A stretch of 64,000 bases of DNA from Balanoglossus misakiensis (Eukaryota > Animalia > Hemichordata), in assembly GCA_040954595.2 (NCBI GenBank), contig CM082593.2:1188901-1252900 (forward strand), read 5' to 3'. Numbering within the stretch: position 1 is the first letter of the stretch; every line of letters begins with the position of its first letter. Below the pieces are notes generated by a model. That model did no database searches, was not told the origin of the DNA, and worked only from the letters and a program-made list of their open reading frames with translations. Positions 26,350-39,599 of the stretch are shown here, piece after piece. Position numbers and translations under genes: made by a program.

Positions 26350-26950
26350 GGATATATCTTGGTCCATAGACAGAATTGTATGTAAACAAACACATGTTTT
26401 TTTATCACCAGGAATATTGGCAGCATTAATTGGGTTAATTTGGGGGACGCGGGGGTTAAATTAGGTCCTGGGGAGAGTTTGAATGGCAGTGTAACCACGT
26501 GAACGAACGGCAAATCCTTGGATTTTCACATTCCACACTTGCGTCGATTGTGGAGGAAGCAAGCTGGGTGATTGATGCTGTGTGTAATGAAAAACACACA
26601 CATAACCACATCAATATCAAGTCATGCAGAAATCCCCACTCGGCAGAGTTAGTTTTCGTGATGAAATAGTGGCAATAAAACGGCATGGAATCTGTAATGC
26701 TCCAGCGGGTCTGACGCACACTTATATTGCCGTGCCGGGCCATGCATACAGGAACTGTTAATTAACCTCTCAAAGTCCGACAGTTATAATATTTTGACCC
26801 TATGGCTCCCGCAAGCAGCCATTAGGAAAAGAAGATAATAAACGTCGAGAGAAGTCTCTGGAATTTGCTATTTGTATAATTTCATCATTAAGGTGAATTT
26901 TATTTCCATAGCCTTCTCTTTCACTACATACTCTGCTCTGTCTGTCTGGC
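26350..26950 (-). pseudogene. Decayed amine-receptor-like GPCR relic (TM1-TM3)
   Basis: GYGNKI (TM1), SMPFY...EWGF..D..LMWL, TASITQLASSTID..V...NP...RS (TM3 TASI..L...DRY...P pattern). Confidence 0.45.
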
Positions 26951-27399
26951 TGCCCCTTTTCCTTACGCCTAAACTGTAAACAAGTCATATAATTATTGAT
27001 TAGGAGGCAATTATGTGCTATTTTAAGAAGTTTTAAATTTAAATTTTGGTGAATTGAAAAAAGGAAGACGGGCTGCCAGCTTGTAATATCGCAACTCAAA
27101 TGACCTTGTGCGGTGAAAACTGCATTTGTTTAGAGCCTATATGACCAAAAGTAACGAGTATCTTGTGAAATAGTGCCATTACTCGCCACAACAAATCAAA
27201 AATGTTGATGACAGAGACAAACGTAGGCCACTTGCCCAACCCAATAACTATTCATCTCGGAGACGTTTTAAAACCATAAGCATTGCGCTCTGGTTTTAAC
27301 TGAGCGGTTTAAAAAGAACCCTCAACAGACTAGGATATATCACAAAGTTACAAAGTACATGACAGGGGAACCAATTAATTTATGGGACATAGATTAACG

Positions 27400-27700
27400 G
27401 GTCTTGGGACAGCCATTAACGAGAAGCAATGCCTAATGAAAGTTGAAGAAGATTTCATTTCTCTGGCACAAGGGTCAAGGTCGTGCCAAACCCATGGCAA
27501 GTCTTACCGTGGACTACAGTCCACACAAAACAAGCAATTTGTTTCCATTTTACGCTCTGTTTATCCCGGAATTTAATTGTTCTGAAACATCGACGGAAAA
27601 AGAAGGCAATTGTGGGGAAGAAAGCAACCTGTTTCAATAGTGATTGTCCACCTTTCTGAGACAACCCACCCGAAACAAATTATGGAAGCCCCCTGAAATT
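27400..27700 (+). pseudogene. Decayed TRIM RING relic
   Basis: CLMKVEEDFIS...GK/VLPW/LQS (EDF..C..C....K.LPCLHS pattern), then EFNCSET. Confidence 0.4.
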
Positions 27701-28473
27701 GAGGTTGGCAATTTCACATAAATAAGCAAAGGTTGCGTTATAGTCATTTTATCTTCACCTGGTTTATCACGGAGATCATTCTGACATGACGTTATTTGAG
27801 GCGAGATTTTCATGATGAAACAACTCACCATTTCCCGCAGTTGCATTACTGTTCACATCTATGATTCATCAAAACAAATTAGCCCCCTCAACCCTTGATA
27901 AGACCTTTCAGTGTTTGAAAAACCCATCATCAATCGAGTTTATTTTCCCCCTTCAACTGTATAATAACATCTGCTTATTTTGCGTCTGTTTTATAGCTGT
28001 TGGACACGCCAACGAACTGATGAAGTTAAACCGAATTACCGCACAGACAGTTTCGCTGACCAGGAAAACATAGACTTCACACACAAATTGTTCTTTGAGA
28101 ATGTTACAAGACAAGATACATCAGTTAATTGAGGAAAGGTTTCACCAGTCTTGCCTGTGACTACATCTGTAAGAGGGGGACAGCGCCAAAGAGGGAACAG
28201 AGAGGTTCCAATGTCCAGGAGATGTGCTGAGAATTGTTTGTTCAGTTTCAACCGTGAGTCGTGCTGGGACCACACGTAGCAATTATAATCCAGCGGGCGG
28301 TGCAGTTCTACCGTAGGCTAGAGAGTGGCAGTTCTTCCTCATTAACATCGCCATCAATCGTCGGCAAAGTCAAATGCCCATTTTGCATATACTTAGATTG
28401 ACGCGTGTTCTTTCACTCGGAGCCTGGTCTCTCGACTTGAAAGGTTAGCCACCAAGCTTACTGAGGCACGATC

Positions 28474-29547
28474 ATGGATGAGAGTAACGTCGGAGGTAGC
28501 AACTGGACTTGGGATGACAACTCGACGGATATTGGCACTTGTGTTATTCACAGCCGCGGTCGTGAATTCATTTTTTCGATGATAGTGATCGTTGCCATTG
28601 GCATCTGTGGAAACTTTGCCTTCATCTATGTTGTGATAACGGTGAAATCAATGCACACAGCCGTCAACTGGTTTTTCACGAATCTATCGTGTGCCGACAC
28701 GCTGTACCTAATCACACACCTTTTCTCCTGGTGTATCAAACTTGATCCAGACTACACCGTCGTCCAACGGAACCAGGTGTATGGAACTGTAACAAGCCTG
28801 GCTGACGGAATAATGCTGTGTACGTCGATTTTCACAGTGGCGGCGATAAGCATGGAGAGGTACCTGGCCATTTCAAATCCACTGAAAGCCCGCCAGATGA
28901 CTGGGACGAAAAGAATCGTCAAAATTACAGTTGCCATATGGGTTATTTCCGTCCTCTTCAACATCCCAGAAGCTTTGAAGTACGCCACTAATTACGACAG
29001 CAAAACACAAGTAATTCTACTCTCCATCACAGCCTTGTTCCAAATTATCACATTCATCATTTCGCTCACTATAGTCGTGGCTATGAACCTAGCTACCGTT
29101 TGCATGTACCGCAAGAATCTGAAAGGAATTACATCGACTGACGTTTCGGATATTTCACGAAAGAAGATTTCCAGACACGAGGGCCAAGTTCTTTGGGCCT
29201 GCATCGGAGTTTCTGCTATATTTCTGGTCTGTGCGACACCAACTATTTACAGATTAACCATCTTGGTGTTAATGTGGCATGGGGTTATTCAAGGCTCTTT
29301 CCTGTTCGGTACGCACGGCTGCATCTTGCTCGATGTCTCGCTGGTATTGGAGTCAATTAACTCCATTATCAACCCACTGGTGTACAACGCTACCAGCTCC
29401 AGGTGCCGTCGCGCATTCCGCCAAGCGCTGGACTGCAAGAGATTCTGTTCCCGTGGCACCGGTACATACGGAGGTAAATACCAAGGTTATAAATATTATT
29501 CGGCTAAGTACACTAACGGACAAACAACCTGTTCCGTGACTCTTTAA
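28474..29547 (+). CDS. Intronless class A (rhodopsin-like) orphan GPCR, paralogue 1, 357 aa
   Basis: Seven TM segments. GN in TM1, NLSCAD in TM2, ERY in TM3, W..S....P in TM4, CATP in TM6, NPLVY in TM7, RRAFRQAL helix 8. N-glycosylation sequons NWT and NST in the N-terminus. Confidence 0.93.
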   Translation: MDESNVGGSNWTWDDNSTDIGTCVIHSRGREFIFSMIVIVAIGICGNFAFIYVVITVKSMHTAVNWFFTNLSCADTLYLITHLFSWCIKLDPDYTVVQRNQVYGTVTSLADGIMLCTSIFTVAAISMERYLAISNPLKARQMTGTKRIVKITVAIWVISVLFNIPEALKYATNYDSKTQVILLSITALFQIITFIISLTIVVAMNLATVCMYRKNLKGITSTDVSDISRKKISRHEGQVLWACIGVSAIFLVCATPTIYRLTILVLMWHGVIQGSFLFGTHGCILLDVSLVLESINSIINPLVYNATSSRCRRAFRQALDCKRFCSRGTGTYGGKYQGYKYYSAKYTNGQTTCSVTL

Positions 29548-30649
29548 ACAATCTCGTTATGAGACTACAACTGCTGGCAGGTGGTCTGTCGTTTCTCAAT
29601 TCACGGCCAATTACAGATGAAGCGATGAACTCGTCGTTTGTAAATCATTGGAAGTACTGGACGAACATTCGCAAACAATCACCACACCATCTGATACCAA
29701 ATATATTATCTTTCCTGTTTATCGATATTTAATACGTTCATTTCAAGACTACTCGATATTTAACGCATTTTACTAGTTGTGTGTATTTTACTACTTTACC
29801 AGATGTTATTTTGTGAGGACAGAAGTACTGAAATGTATGAAAACACAATTTCTAAGACTTGAAAAATTAACGACGAAATAGATAGGGCAAGGAGAAGTAT
29901 TTAATTATCTGTGTTAGTTTAACGACTGCTTTCAACAAAACAGACAAATGTGTATCATTTTGATAAAATGACCAAATCCCAGTGAAATCTTCAGGTTTTG
30001 GAAACAGAAACAAAGTCAACTGAATCGATCAGATTGACATGTTTTTTTTGTAAGCATTCCTGTCTCGTGACATTACGTGCTGAAAACAACCAAACAGAAA
30101 TACTCGGCCATAAATCTTTGAGAAATACCCCAGAATGTTTAGTTAAGCCAAACTGAAATGTACGATACGAACACAATTTGATAATCTATACAAAAAAAAT
30201 TACTTTCCCAGCTCACTTGATTGTAGAACAAGTGAATATTGCAACAGCTGTTTTGTGTTCATGATTAAATAGAAATAAAAACGATTTATGAGTTTCCTTT
30301 TTTTATTTCTATACCGGTACCCTAGTCATACGCAAAGTGTGTGTGTGTGTGTTAAAGGGACTACACTTGTATCTTTTCATTAGAAGACACCATTAACTGA
30401 TTCATACATTTTCTAAACCGGAATACCATATTGGAGGGTTGGGAGCCAATAGGACACTAGCTAGCGAGTCACATTAATGTAGGCACAAAGTAAAACTGCT
30501 ACAATGTTCATCATAGCAAACAATATGCATGGTTGATGTATAGCCACGTTACTTTTTATCACATTTCCCGTTTACTTTTATATTGGTTGGCAGGTATCCC
30601 TGAACAATATGCTGACAGCCTCGCGCATGTGCAGTTCAGACGATCTTTA

Positions 30650-31060
30650 AATTTTTCGTCGATTTATCCTGTCTGAATTGAAAATGCAATTACTGTAAAC
30701 TTCATTTCAGGGTGAGCGGTTGATCGGTTCCAGGGAGGGAAGGCTGGCTTGGGAAGTTCATTAAGATTCCTGGTGGAGACGAGAGACTTTAGGCAATGCC
30801 TGGATACACGCTGGTATTTACAGCTTAAACGTTTGCAACGGAAACTTTATACATTTCAATGAAGTCAACATATGTTTTATGACTTTAGTTTGGTGATTAG
30901 TCGTGCCAGCATAAATACAGAAGCCTGTGCGATAGAAGCCGACTTTTGTGACTTATATGTCTTTCTTTTATGAGCTAAATAACGTATGTTGATAAACCTT
31001 CAAATTCGAATCAAGTGGACTGGACCACGCATATGTTGAAATGGTCACTGTCAGATGATC
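30650..31060 (+). pseudogene. Decayed BTB relic
   Basis: NYCKLHFRVSG*SVPG...WL, IEADF, LICLSFMS. Weak. Confidence 0.3.
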
Positions 31061-31063
31061 TGA

Positions 31064-31188
31064 ACTCACTTACTCATCACTCACTCAACCATTCACTCAC
31101 TCACTCCCTCACTCACTCGGTCATGCGCTCGCTCGCTTGTTAATTCATTCAATGATTGAATGATTGAATGAATGAATGAATGAATGAA
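31064..31188. repeat. Compound (TCAC)n / (TGAA)n tetranucleotide repeat
   Basis: actcactcac run followed by a tgaatgaatgaa run; the two are partly self-complementary. Confidence 0.8.
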
Positions 31189-31735
31189 CGTATAAACTAC
31201 ACTCTTGCTGTGTTTTTCAGCTCATTCCATTCAATGAAACCATAACTACTCTAAAGCAATCTTGGTGTAATTTGATATTTACTGACTGCTCGGTTTTCCT
31301 CTAACGAGACACGCTATAGCTTTCTATCAACCGTAGCTGTGATGTTATAACATACTGTACTTACAACGGTGCGAAAATCAAATAAATGGGAATTTTGAAA
31401 CGTCAATATTCGTATGCGTTGTAATTTAGGAGTCAGTAACGCAAAAGTAGTGCAATGCACGTCTCCTTTCTTTTGTCGCGTTGGCATTTCATTTTAGATG
31501 AAAAAGAATGTAAATATTCATGACTACATGTGTTTATCAGTGTCTTCTGACTTCTTCGTGTAATAAATAATGTCACATCCTGTGTTTGAACTTTGAACAC
31601 AACGACCTAATCTGTTTCGTTTGTGGTTACGACGCAGTTCAACGTTAAATTAGAGTTGACGCCGAAAACACGCCTTCTTCACTTTATTTATGACCCACTC
31701 ATGATCGATTATCCTGTGTTTTATATTTCCGTCTT

Positions 31736-31830
31736 TGATGTTGTTGATATTGACAATGATGGTGGTGATAATGATGGTTATGATGATGGCAGCAGAGGTG
31801 AAGACATTGCTCGTATTGGTGATAATGTTC
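31736..31830. repeat. Degenerate (GAT)n trinucleotide repeat
   Basis: gatgttgttgatattgacaatgatggtggtgataatgatggttatgatgatggc. Confidence 0.65.
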
Positions 31831-32249
31831 AGTCGGTGGTGTAACATTTGATATGATGGTTAATGCAATGCCAATGTCGTCAACAAGTATGAATAGAACT
31901 CAACCACTATCATGGCCGTATATCACACGAAAATTAACCCAACAACCTTAAGTGACAATCTGTCACTGTCAACCACTAAATGACAGACGACCCTACGCTG
32001 TGATGTTGTTCTATGGATGTGGAGATATTATATTAAGTGTCAAGTGTCCTACTAAATGTAAGTTATCTTTGCAAACTGTGTGTACATGTATGTGTCCTAA
32101 ATACCAGGATAGGACAGCATCACCAGAAATCTAAGGATAATCGCTTCCAGATTCGGTAGTCATGAACCGGGTCAGAAATAGAAACTTTATTTGTTGGAAT
32201 GCAGATTATCTATCGATGAAAAATAATGGAGAAGGTCCTACGTTTATAC

Positions 32250-32600
32250 CGCCTTGACTTCCATGTTAGGCGTCAAACTCTCTTGAACATTATAATTCAG
32301 TTAGTTTGATGGTTCTTGTCAAAGTTACTTTCCAATGTTGGGAAATGATGAGTCAGAACATTCAGGTAAAATGTCGAGAATCAGAATATTAATTTAGCAA
32401 TAGTTGACTCCATTTTAATAATCTCCCCTGTCAGCTTCGAGTTTTGATGGGAAAACTACATGAAGGACTTGGTGAAAAGGGTAATGTACAGAATCGAAGA
32501 AGTACAGCTAACACTAAATGACAATACGGGGTAATACTCGCTGGGTTGGTAATTAGATACATGGACATAATTTCAGGATGTTAGCCTGGGGCTAGTGAAT
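32250..32600 (-). pseudogene. Possible decayed GPCR relic (TM2-TM3) between the two intact GPCRs
   Basis: MYLITNPAS...FCTLPF, GVNYC*INIL...CS. Weak. Confidence 0.25.
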
Positions 32601-32659
32601 CTGAGATGTATCTCTTCTTAGATGCAGTTGCTTAGCAACACATGCCACATCAGACAAAA

Positions 32660-33430
32660 ACAAGAATAAGACGAAAACATGTTATCGACCTAAGATACCC
32701 TGAGGCCAAACAGATAACATGTGACTTATCATGTCATGCTATGTTCTGTGGTGATTTTCTCATCAATCAATTTATATAATTCGTTCATTTCTGATCTGTA
32801 GATCTCAATCAGGCTTACCTACACCATGAAAAAGGTATGTCATACAAAGTCACGACTCAAAGACTACAGAGATTTTCTAATCATTGTATATGACACGCTT
32901 TACGTAAAATCTTACAGACTTTTCATTACTGTTCTTTCAAACTGACGTTCACAAAACTCATCCGTGATTGATGACGTAAAGATGACGTCAAACTCTGCCC
33001 TAGTCTGGGTCATCAAATTTATACTTTATACATTTTGGCACAAATGTGAAATTCCATAATGTTCCGCGTTAATCTTGTCAATAAAAAGATATTGTTATAT
33101 TTCATTATGCTTGATTGTGCTAACCCTATCCACAGCAACTAATTTTCGAATAAGGCTTATGGCAAACGTTATATCGAACAGGGTCTGATTACTCAATGCA
33201 CAAAGAAGCTGAAAATTGAGTATACTCACTGCGAATGACGTTGATGCTATTATCAATCACTGAAAGATGCCACGCTTCCAAAAACTTGTTACAAACTTCG
33301 GCTGAAAGTGAAGAGCAAGTCAGAAACACCATCGCCTCCAAAGCATCATGGTGTGCTAATTTTAACATCGATGGCATGACGTACTGGTCTTCTTTTGTCA
33401 TTAAAAAGATTATGTCATAAACTTATTTTA
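32660..33430 (+). pseudogene. Decayed BTB-BACK relic
   Basis: ENML-D, LSCHAM, SFISDL; BACK-like SAESEEQVRNTI...SWCANFNIDG...VIKKI (ORF 33235-33420). Confidence 0.45.
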
Positions 33431-33937
33431 GTTTCCGTTACAGAGCAGGCATGGAGTCCCCCCGGTCAACAGAGAAAATAAATCACATTTCATAATAAAT
33501 CTCAACATGCATTATTTTATATAAAACGTTGAATCAAACAAAACAGCATTTTGTGTGGAATTATGGACTCCCTATTGAACTAAACACTTTTTAATTCTAA
33601 TATACTACAGCGTATTCAGTTACCAACATGACATTGATTGTGAATCCGAAGATTCACGGTCTTGATAGGAGCATAGACGGGTCAAAGATCAGCTCCGATA
33701 ATTCTGTTAACATGAGTCATATGCTCTTGTGTGATGTTTTTATTTTTGACAAAATGACATAATGGAACAGCCGTCCTCGCTTGTCCGTCTCAATTACACC
33801 AGTATATGGTATGTATCCCCGAATGCAATGTGATTGATGGGGCTTTTTGTAAGCGAGTCCATGTGATCTTCACTCCGGTTGTCTTTTCTATTTTTATTCT
33901 GCAGTGGTTGCTGAGACTATAAAGCTGGGTGGTGAGC

Positions 33938-35008
33938 ATGATTGACTGTGGAACAATGGAGCTTTCCAACGAGACGAGCATCGGCCAAGAGCTCTCCAAT
34001 GCGACCTTTCAGCGCCCGGGAAGTTTTGGACTCAGTAGCCGCACCGACTTCATTATAACTATGGTAGTGTTTGTCACCATAGGTATCTGTGGAAACTTTG
34101 CTTTCATGTACGTTGTGGTCACAGTGAGGTCCATGCACACCGCTGTCAACTGGTTTCTAATCAACCTGTCATGCGCAGACACACTCTATTTGATCACACA
34201 CCTGTTCACCTGGTGCGTCAAGTTTAGCCCTAACAGCATGGCGGTGCAGCGAAGCCAAGTTTACAGTACCGTCGTAAGTTTGGCCGACGGTATCACGCTG
34301 TGTACCTCAATATTCACAGTGGCAGCTATAAGCATCGAGAGATACCTTGCCATTTCGAATCCCCTGAAAGCTCGGCAGATGATAGGCACGAAGAGAATCG
34401 TCAAAATCACCGCTGCCATTTGGGTCATCTCAATTCTGTTCAACATCCCCGAGGCGCTGAATTATGCATTAAAGTGCGACGAAAACGTCGCGATAATTTT
34501 AATGTCAATCACAGCTTTCTCCCAGATCATCACGTTTGTCATCTCGCTAGTTGTGGTGGTTTCAATGAACATTGCAACCGTTGTAATGTACCGTAAGCAC
34601 GTGCGTGGGATCGCGCTGGCGAATGACTCCTGGACCCGACGAGCGAGGATATCCCGTCATGATGGCCAAGTTCTAGTTGCATGCATCGGTGTCTCCATCA
34701 TCTTCTTGATTTGCGCAGCCCCGACCATCTACAGAATGGCAATCATGGCTTTCATATGGAATAAACTTGTTCCCTTGTCTTTTATCATGGACGGACATCT
34801 AATGGTGTTCTTTGACGCATCCGTCGTTCTTGAATCAGTCAACGCCATCATCAACCCGCTGGTGTATAACGCCACCAGTTCGCGATGTCGTCGAGCTTTC
34901 CGACAGGCGCTGAGAAGACTCGACTGCAAACATCATTGCAGCGGTCGCTCTTTCCTGCTGACTTCGTCCCAGTCATCAAGTTCAAATACACAACCGACAT
35001 CTGTTTAA
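33938..35008 (+). CDS. Intronless class A orphan GPCR, paralogue 2 (ATG at 33938, or stronger-context ATG at 33956)
   Basis: Same 7TM motifs as paralogue 1, with shared identical runs MHTAVNWF, NLSCADTLYLITHLF, ERYLAISNPLKARQM and IINPLVYNATSSRCRRAFRQAL. The ORF-track start at 33929 is GTG. A polypyrimidine acceptor (tttttattctgcag) ends at 33904, implying a 5'UTR intron. Confidence 0.92.
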   Translation: MIDCGTMELSNETSIGQELSNATFQRPGSFGLSSRTDFIITMVVFVTIGICGNFAFMYVVVTVRSMHTAVNWFLINLSCADTLYLITHLFTWCVKFSPNSMAVQRSQVYSTVVSLADGITLCTSIFTVAAISIERYLAISNPLKARQMIGTKRIVKITAAIWVISILFNIPEALNYALKCDENVAIILMSITAFSQIITFVISLVVVVSMNIATVVMYRKHVRGIALANDSWTRRARISRHDGQVLVACIGVSIIFLICAAPTIYRMAIMAFIWNKLVPLSFIMDGHLMVFFDASVVLESVNAIINPLVYNATSSRCRRAFRQALRRLDCKHHCSGRSFLLTSSQSSSSNTQPTSV

Positions 35009-35489
35009 GTGTCGCGAGTAATGACAGTGGAAATGAACTTGTGCGATATACATTACTGTGCTGTAAAACTGTTTACTACTGTATAAACTCATATTAACGT
35101 CTAAAACTATTTTGAACTTGTGGACAGTAAAACACACGTATGTATACAAACAATTTCTTTTTTTTCAGAGCCTCTTCAAATTGGTATATATTTTCATAAA
35201 TTATATCAAATGTATGTACTGTACAGTGTAACATACTACCATTACTTATAACTTCATGGCTAGAACTACCAAGTACAAGTTATATTGTCTTTGAAGACCA
35301 GATTGTCTTTTTCCGAAAATTTCCCTGTAAAGTTCAGGAACTTCTACCTTTGAACATGTGTCAATGCTTTGATGTGCTGTGATTATACAATACCACCCAC
35401 AACAGAATCGAGAGCTCATTAACTTGCGGTCACTGTTCGCCACGGGTGAGTAAGTCAAGTCACCCACTTAGTCGATGGAGGACGATATG

Positions 35490-36400
35490 TGTTAACTGAA
35501 TGAATTTTTCACAAACCACAGATCGAGTGGCATCTTTCATTTAGTGAATATTATATTTAATCACAGTATACAGGGTCTTCTGACTCTATATGTGTTATTT
35601 ACCGGAGTTTTACAGCAATATATATTCAGTTTCAAGGATTCACGGAACTCGAATGTAAATATTTGCCTTGAATATACATGTATATTTACAAGTCATTTAC
35701 TATGTACATTATTTGGAGATAATTATAACATGTTGTGATAACTGTATATAACTTTAATATGTGTCAAGCCTTTGTACATGTATCATTTTCAGTGGTCCAG
35801 GTTTGTAAATTTTTGTCAAGGCGCCAGAGCATGCTCTATGGCAAGTTGGGCCAAATGTTGAACTTTTAGAGAATTTTTTTTGTCTCGTGCTAACAGTTAT
35901 TATATGAAAATTTTCTTGGGTGTAGATTTCTGTAAGGCTGCCAATGTAAAGTTTCACGTGAAAATTAGCAAGATGATCATTCTGAATGAAAATTATACAA
36001 ATTAATATGAGATATTGACCTTTCTGTGTTCATTAATCCATACTGCACTATGTACCGGAAAGTCCCATGACGTTATGTCGCCCGAGTGTCTATAGAAGTA
36101 CATTGCAATTCTCTCTGGTGACATTTTAGTATGCTTTAGTGACAGAACGCAAGTGTAAGTTGCTTCACTCATTGGAATATGTCAGTACAGAGTGTCCTTT
36201 TGAAACCATTCACAAGAGTTGCAGAAATAAACATCACTAGACACTGTCATTTTTGACATGAGTACTGTATACGTCCATGTCATTCTTCTAGTTAAGAAGC
36301 CAATTTGATTACCTGTGCTCTAATGGAAGCCATGAATAGAAAGCTTGAATCTTTTGGAGACTGTGAACAGGGAATCTCCGAACAGTAGTTCTACATTGAT
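35490..36400 (+). pseudogene. Decayed BTB-BACK relic interrupted by a ~200-bp insertion
   Basis: LNEFFTNH...SFKDSRNSNVNI; later AEINITRH and DYLCSN. Confidence 0.35.
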
Positions 36401-37479
36401 CAAATATGTCGGTTGTCATGGGAACTTGCCACATTATGACTAGACTGACTTGACTTGCACTCTGTAAACCGCGACGTGTATACACTGCTTATAGTGCAAT
36501 ATTTTAATGCAGAAATCCACTGTATGTATTCAATCGATATAAGCCAGACATTATGTTTCGAGTAAATTATGGTACATAAGCTTACATTGTAACCCCGAGT
36601 TGAAAATGGATGGAACATTTTGATTTTAACTTTTATTAAAATCAAAGCGTATCACTGAAATGTTATTGTTTGTGTTTTAATGCTATGTGCATCTGCAGAC
36701 CAGATGTTGCCAGTTTAAGATTTTCTAAGAACTTGCAGTGGTGGAACATTTTACTGGAGATGGTGTTTATGCCTCAAGATGCTCTAATATCATATCTTTA
36801 CTCGTAGACAATACCCGTGGTGGGTGGGATGTTGATGTGTATATATCTTCAATTGAAAAATTGATGATGTGTTTATTAAACTGAGGAGATTTAGTGCATT
36901 GTCCGGTTTACCCCATATCATATTAATTGGTGCACCCGTGCCCAGGTTTATTGAGCAGAAACTCGGTAGTGAAATGGTAGGTCTGAATTTGAAGACACAC
37001 TTCCTATATATTTGATAAATCTTACTCCTTTGCACAACCATCCATCACATCATGGAAAGCTTCAGTGCAGCAGATTAATTTTGCAGTAGCATTGCAAATC
37101 CCCTCCCCCTTTTTTGCAATCCTTTCAATGAGGCCTCAGACAACAGGTCACACAGTAAAACAAGGCACCCATATGCAAAAGAACTTATTTCGGTTGCAGT
37201 CAAATGTCGGGCCACAAGTCTACTGTCTGTATATCACTCTCTTAACCTTTTGCATATGCATCCGTTTGTTTACTCGTGGTCTTGAGCTTTAAGGCATCGT
37301 AAACTTGAATTGCGCGACATAGCATCAACTCCCCTGCCAAGTTAATCTTTACGACTGTTTCAAACTCGGGTTAAAGGGCTAAAATGTGGCAAAAAAGATA
37401 CAATATCTATTCCCTGAGTCACAGTTCAATGTTTAGGAATTTTCACTCCATGATGCACATGCTTTAGATGCCAAAGCAA

Positions 37480-37900
37480 AGCATTCAAACGTGTTTGCCC
37501 TAATAATTCTTTGTTGCGTGAAGAACAAACACGTTACGCGACATTTATCTTTTAAAAGAAATATTAGACTCATGGTTGAATTAGGTTTCTACCAGCCACA
37601 CATGCAACCTAGCATTTGGTGTGATTTACTGGCCAGGACAAGGTATGTTAGTGCTCCTACTCAGAAACTACCCCAGCCTAATTGGTCACATACCCTTATG
37701 GAACAGCATGGAATTATTTTTGTTTCTTTACTCGTTCTGAAAGGAAGTTCATAGCGACTTACATTTTATTGCAATTATTACATGCTCCTCGTCTGGCGAA
37801 GTCTTTCACTCCGGATCAATATGTAATATAATGTAGTTACAACTGAACTTTGAAGTTATCTGTTAACTGTACTAGAACGTGCTTCTATTGCCATGCGCAT
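37480..37900 (+). pseudogene. Possible BTB relic
   Basis: VFALIILCCVKNKHVTRH, ATYILLQL. Weak. Confidence 0.25.
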
Positions 37901-38199
37901 GCGCTACAACTGAAACTGTTATGTCCATTATCACTGATATCTAAAGCTAGACACGTCCTTTTTTACCGCCTCATAATCGCGGAGAATCAGTGCCTGAAGT
38001 AGATGATGACACTCGGCGATAATGCGTCAGCTCATTGAAGTAATACAAAGTAATTAAATAATTTGAATTAAAAGCACGGATTAAGTTTAGCTCTAATCTG
38101 AATTCTGAACGGCAGACTCTGTAGAAGGTGATCCGGCCAATTAAACACAACAGAATTAGGACATGTGCCAAAACAGGATTAGAGATGCTTGAATTACAG

Positions 38200-39110
38200 A
38201 AACCATCCTTCCTTCTCTTACAGAAATTCTCCTTTGGGGGAACAGCTCTTTCATCACTAACTCGTACACAAGTTGTGTGACCGCGAACACACTGCAGTTC
38301 AAATCACTCAGATGTGACCGTTGCCACGCAGATGGATTTTCTGAGAATTATTTTCCTAATTTCATCTTATCTTTTATGAATCATACATTATTATCATGGT
38401 GCCTATCGAAATAATGATTACCATCTACTTTGTTTGTGCAAATCGATCTATTTACTTACAAATGCAATATTTGGGGATGCTTTTATCATTTAATGCTGTT
38501 TTATCGGCCGCATGTTTGGTTTTTCACTATATGTTAGATTGATTCAAGTTGATGTCCCTTCGGTATTATTTATGAACTTTTCTCAATTGATCACACAAAA
38601 TGCATTGTATCGATTAACGTTATCTGTTGTATGGAGCGCTATAAAACATCACTCGATATGCAAAGATGTAGTGAATAGCAAACTGATAGCAGTCGGACTG
38701 AAACGGCCTTGGGGGATGCTCTAAACGTTTCTTTTCAAATACATGTCACTTGAGCCTCAAATCGAACATCGATTTAGTTTTAGAAACCTCATGTCAACGG
38801 ATATGATTTCTTGGGCAATCCTTTCATAGCGAAGAGTCACACACCTGCCGAGGTGAAACGATCTCCCTAGAATCTTCTTTCAATTGAAAACATCTCCTTC
38901 GTGCTTTCTATACTCTGAATAAGAATTGAACGACATGATCTTCTTGTAAATTTGACTGCCTTACCAGATATAACATTAATTTTCCTGCACTTAAAAATTT
39001 TGTCATTGAACATTCCGACTTGCTATAAGATCATGCGCAACTTACACAAACTCTACATAGTGTCGTATACTCAAGTGTGAAAGAATCTTGAGATTTCCTT
39101 GATGTGAAGT
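38200..39110 (-). pseudogene. Decayed TRIM-like relic
   Basis: TLCRVC (RING start), QVCDSSL*KDCPRNHIR at about 38797-38847 (B-box1, Cys to TGA), LEHPPRPFQSDC (B-box2). Confidence 0.45.
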
Positions 39111-39599
39111 TAAAACGTGTTAAAATTTGGCTAAAACGTCTCCATATTTCTTCTCAAAACAACATCACTTTCAGACTTTGGCCAACTATGTGTGATGTTT
39201 ACGTCACCATGACACTTAACAGAAAGCATTTTGAAGATAAATTACGTTAGTAAATACGTCGTGCCAGATTGTTTTACAGAACTTGCAATTGAAGTAGTTT
39301 TGGATAATTCAACTTGGTCAATTATCACTAAAGTAAAGGAAATAATACTGTGATAAACACCATTTGATATGATTGATGAACGAAATAATTTTCATAAATC
39401 TGAAAAGGTGTACAATGTGCCTGAGCTGACATATAAACACACACATTCTCAGTGACGTACATTTACATGTATAAAGCTCATGTATATGAAAACGACGTGA
39501 ATCATTAGCCACTACGAATACGCAAGTGTCTAATTTGTATGACTGTCCATGAAGCCGTGTCTAACTCAGAATATGTAATATTGTTACATAGCTGAAAAT

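Noticed and set aside
2574-35097. Overlapping or antisense ORFs inside the SLC35G-like gene and the two intronless GPCRs
   Set aside because: Shadow frames of real coding sequence with no independent motifs.
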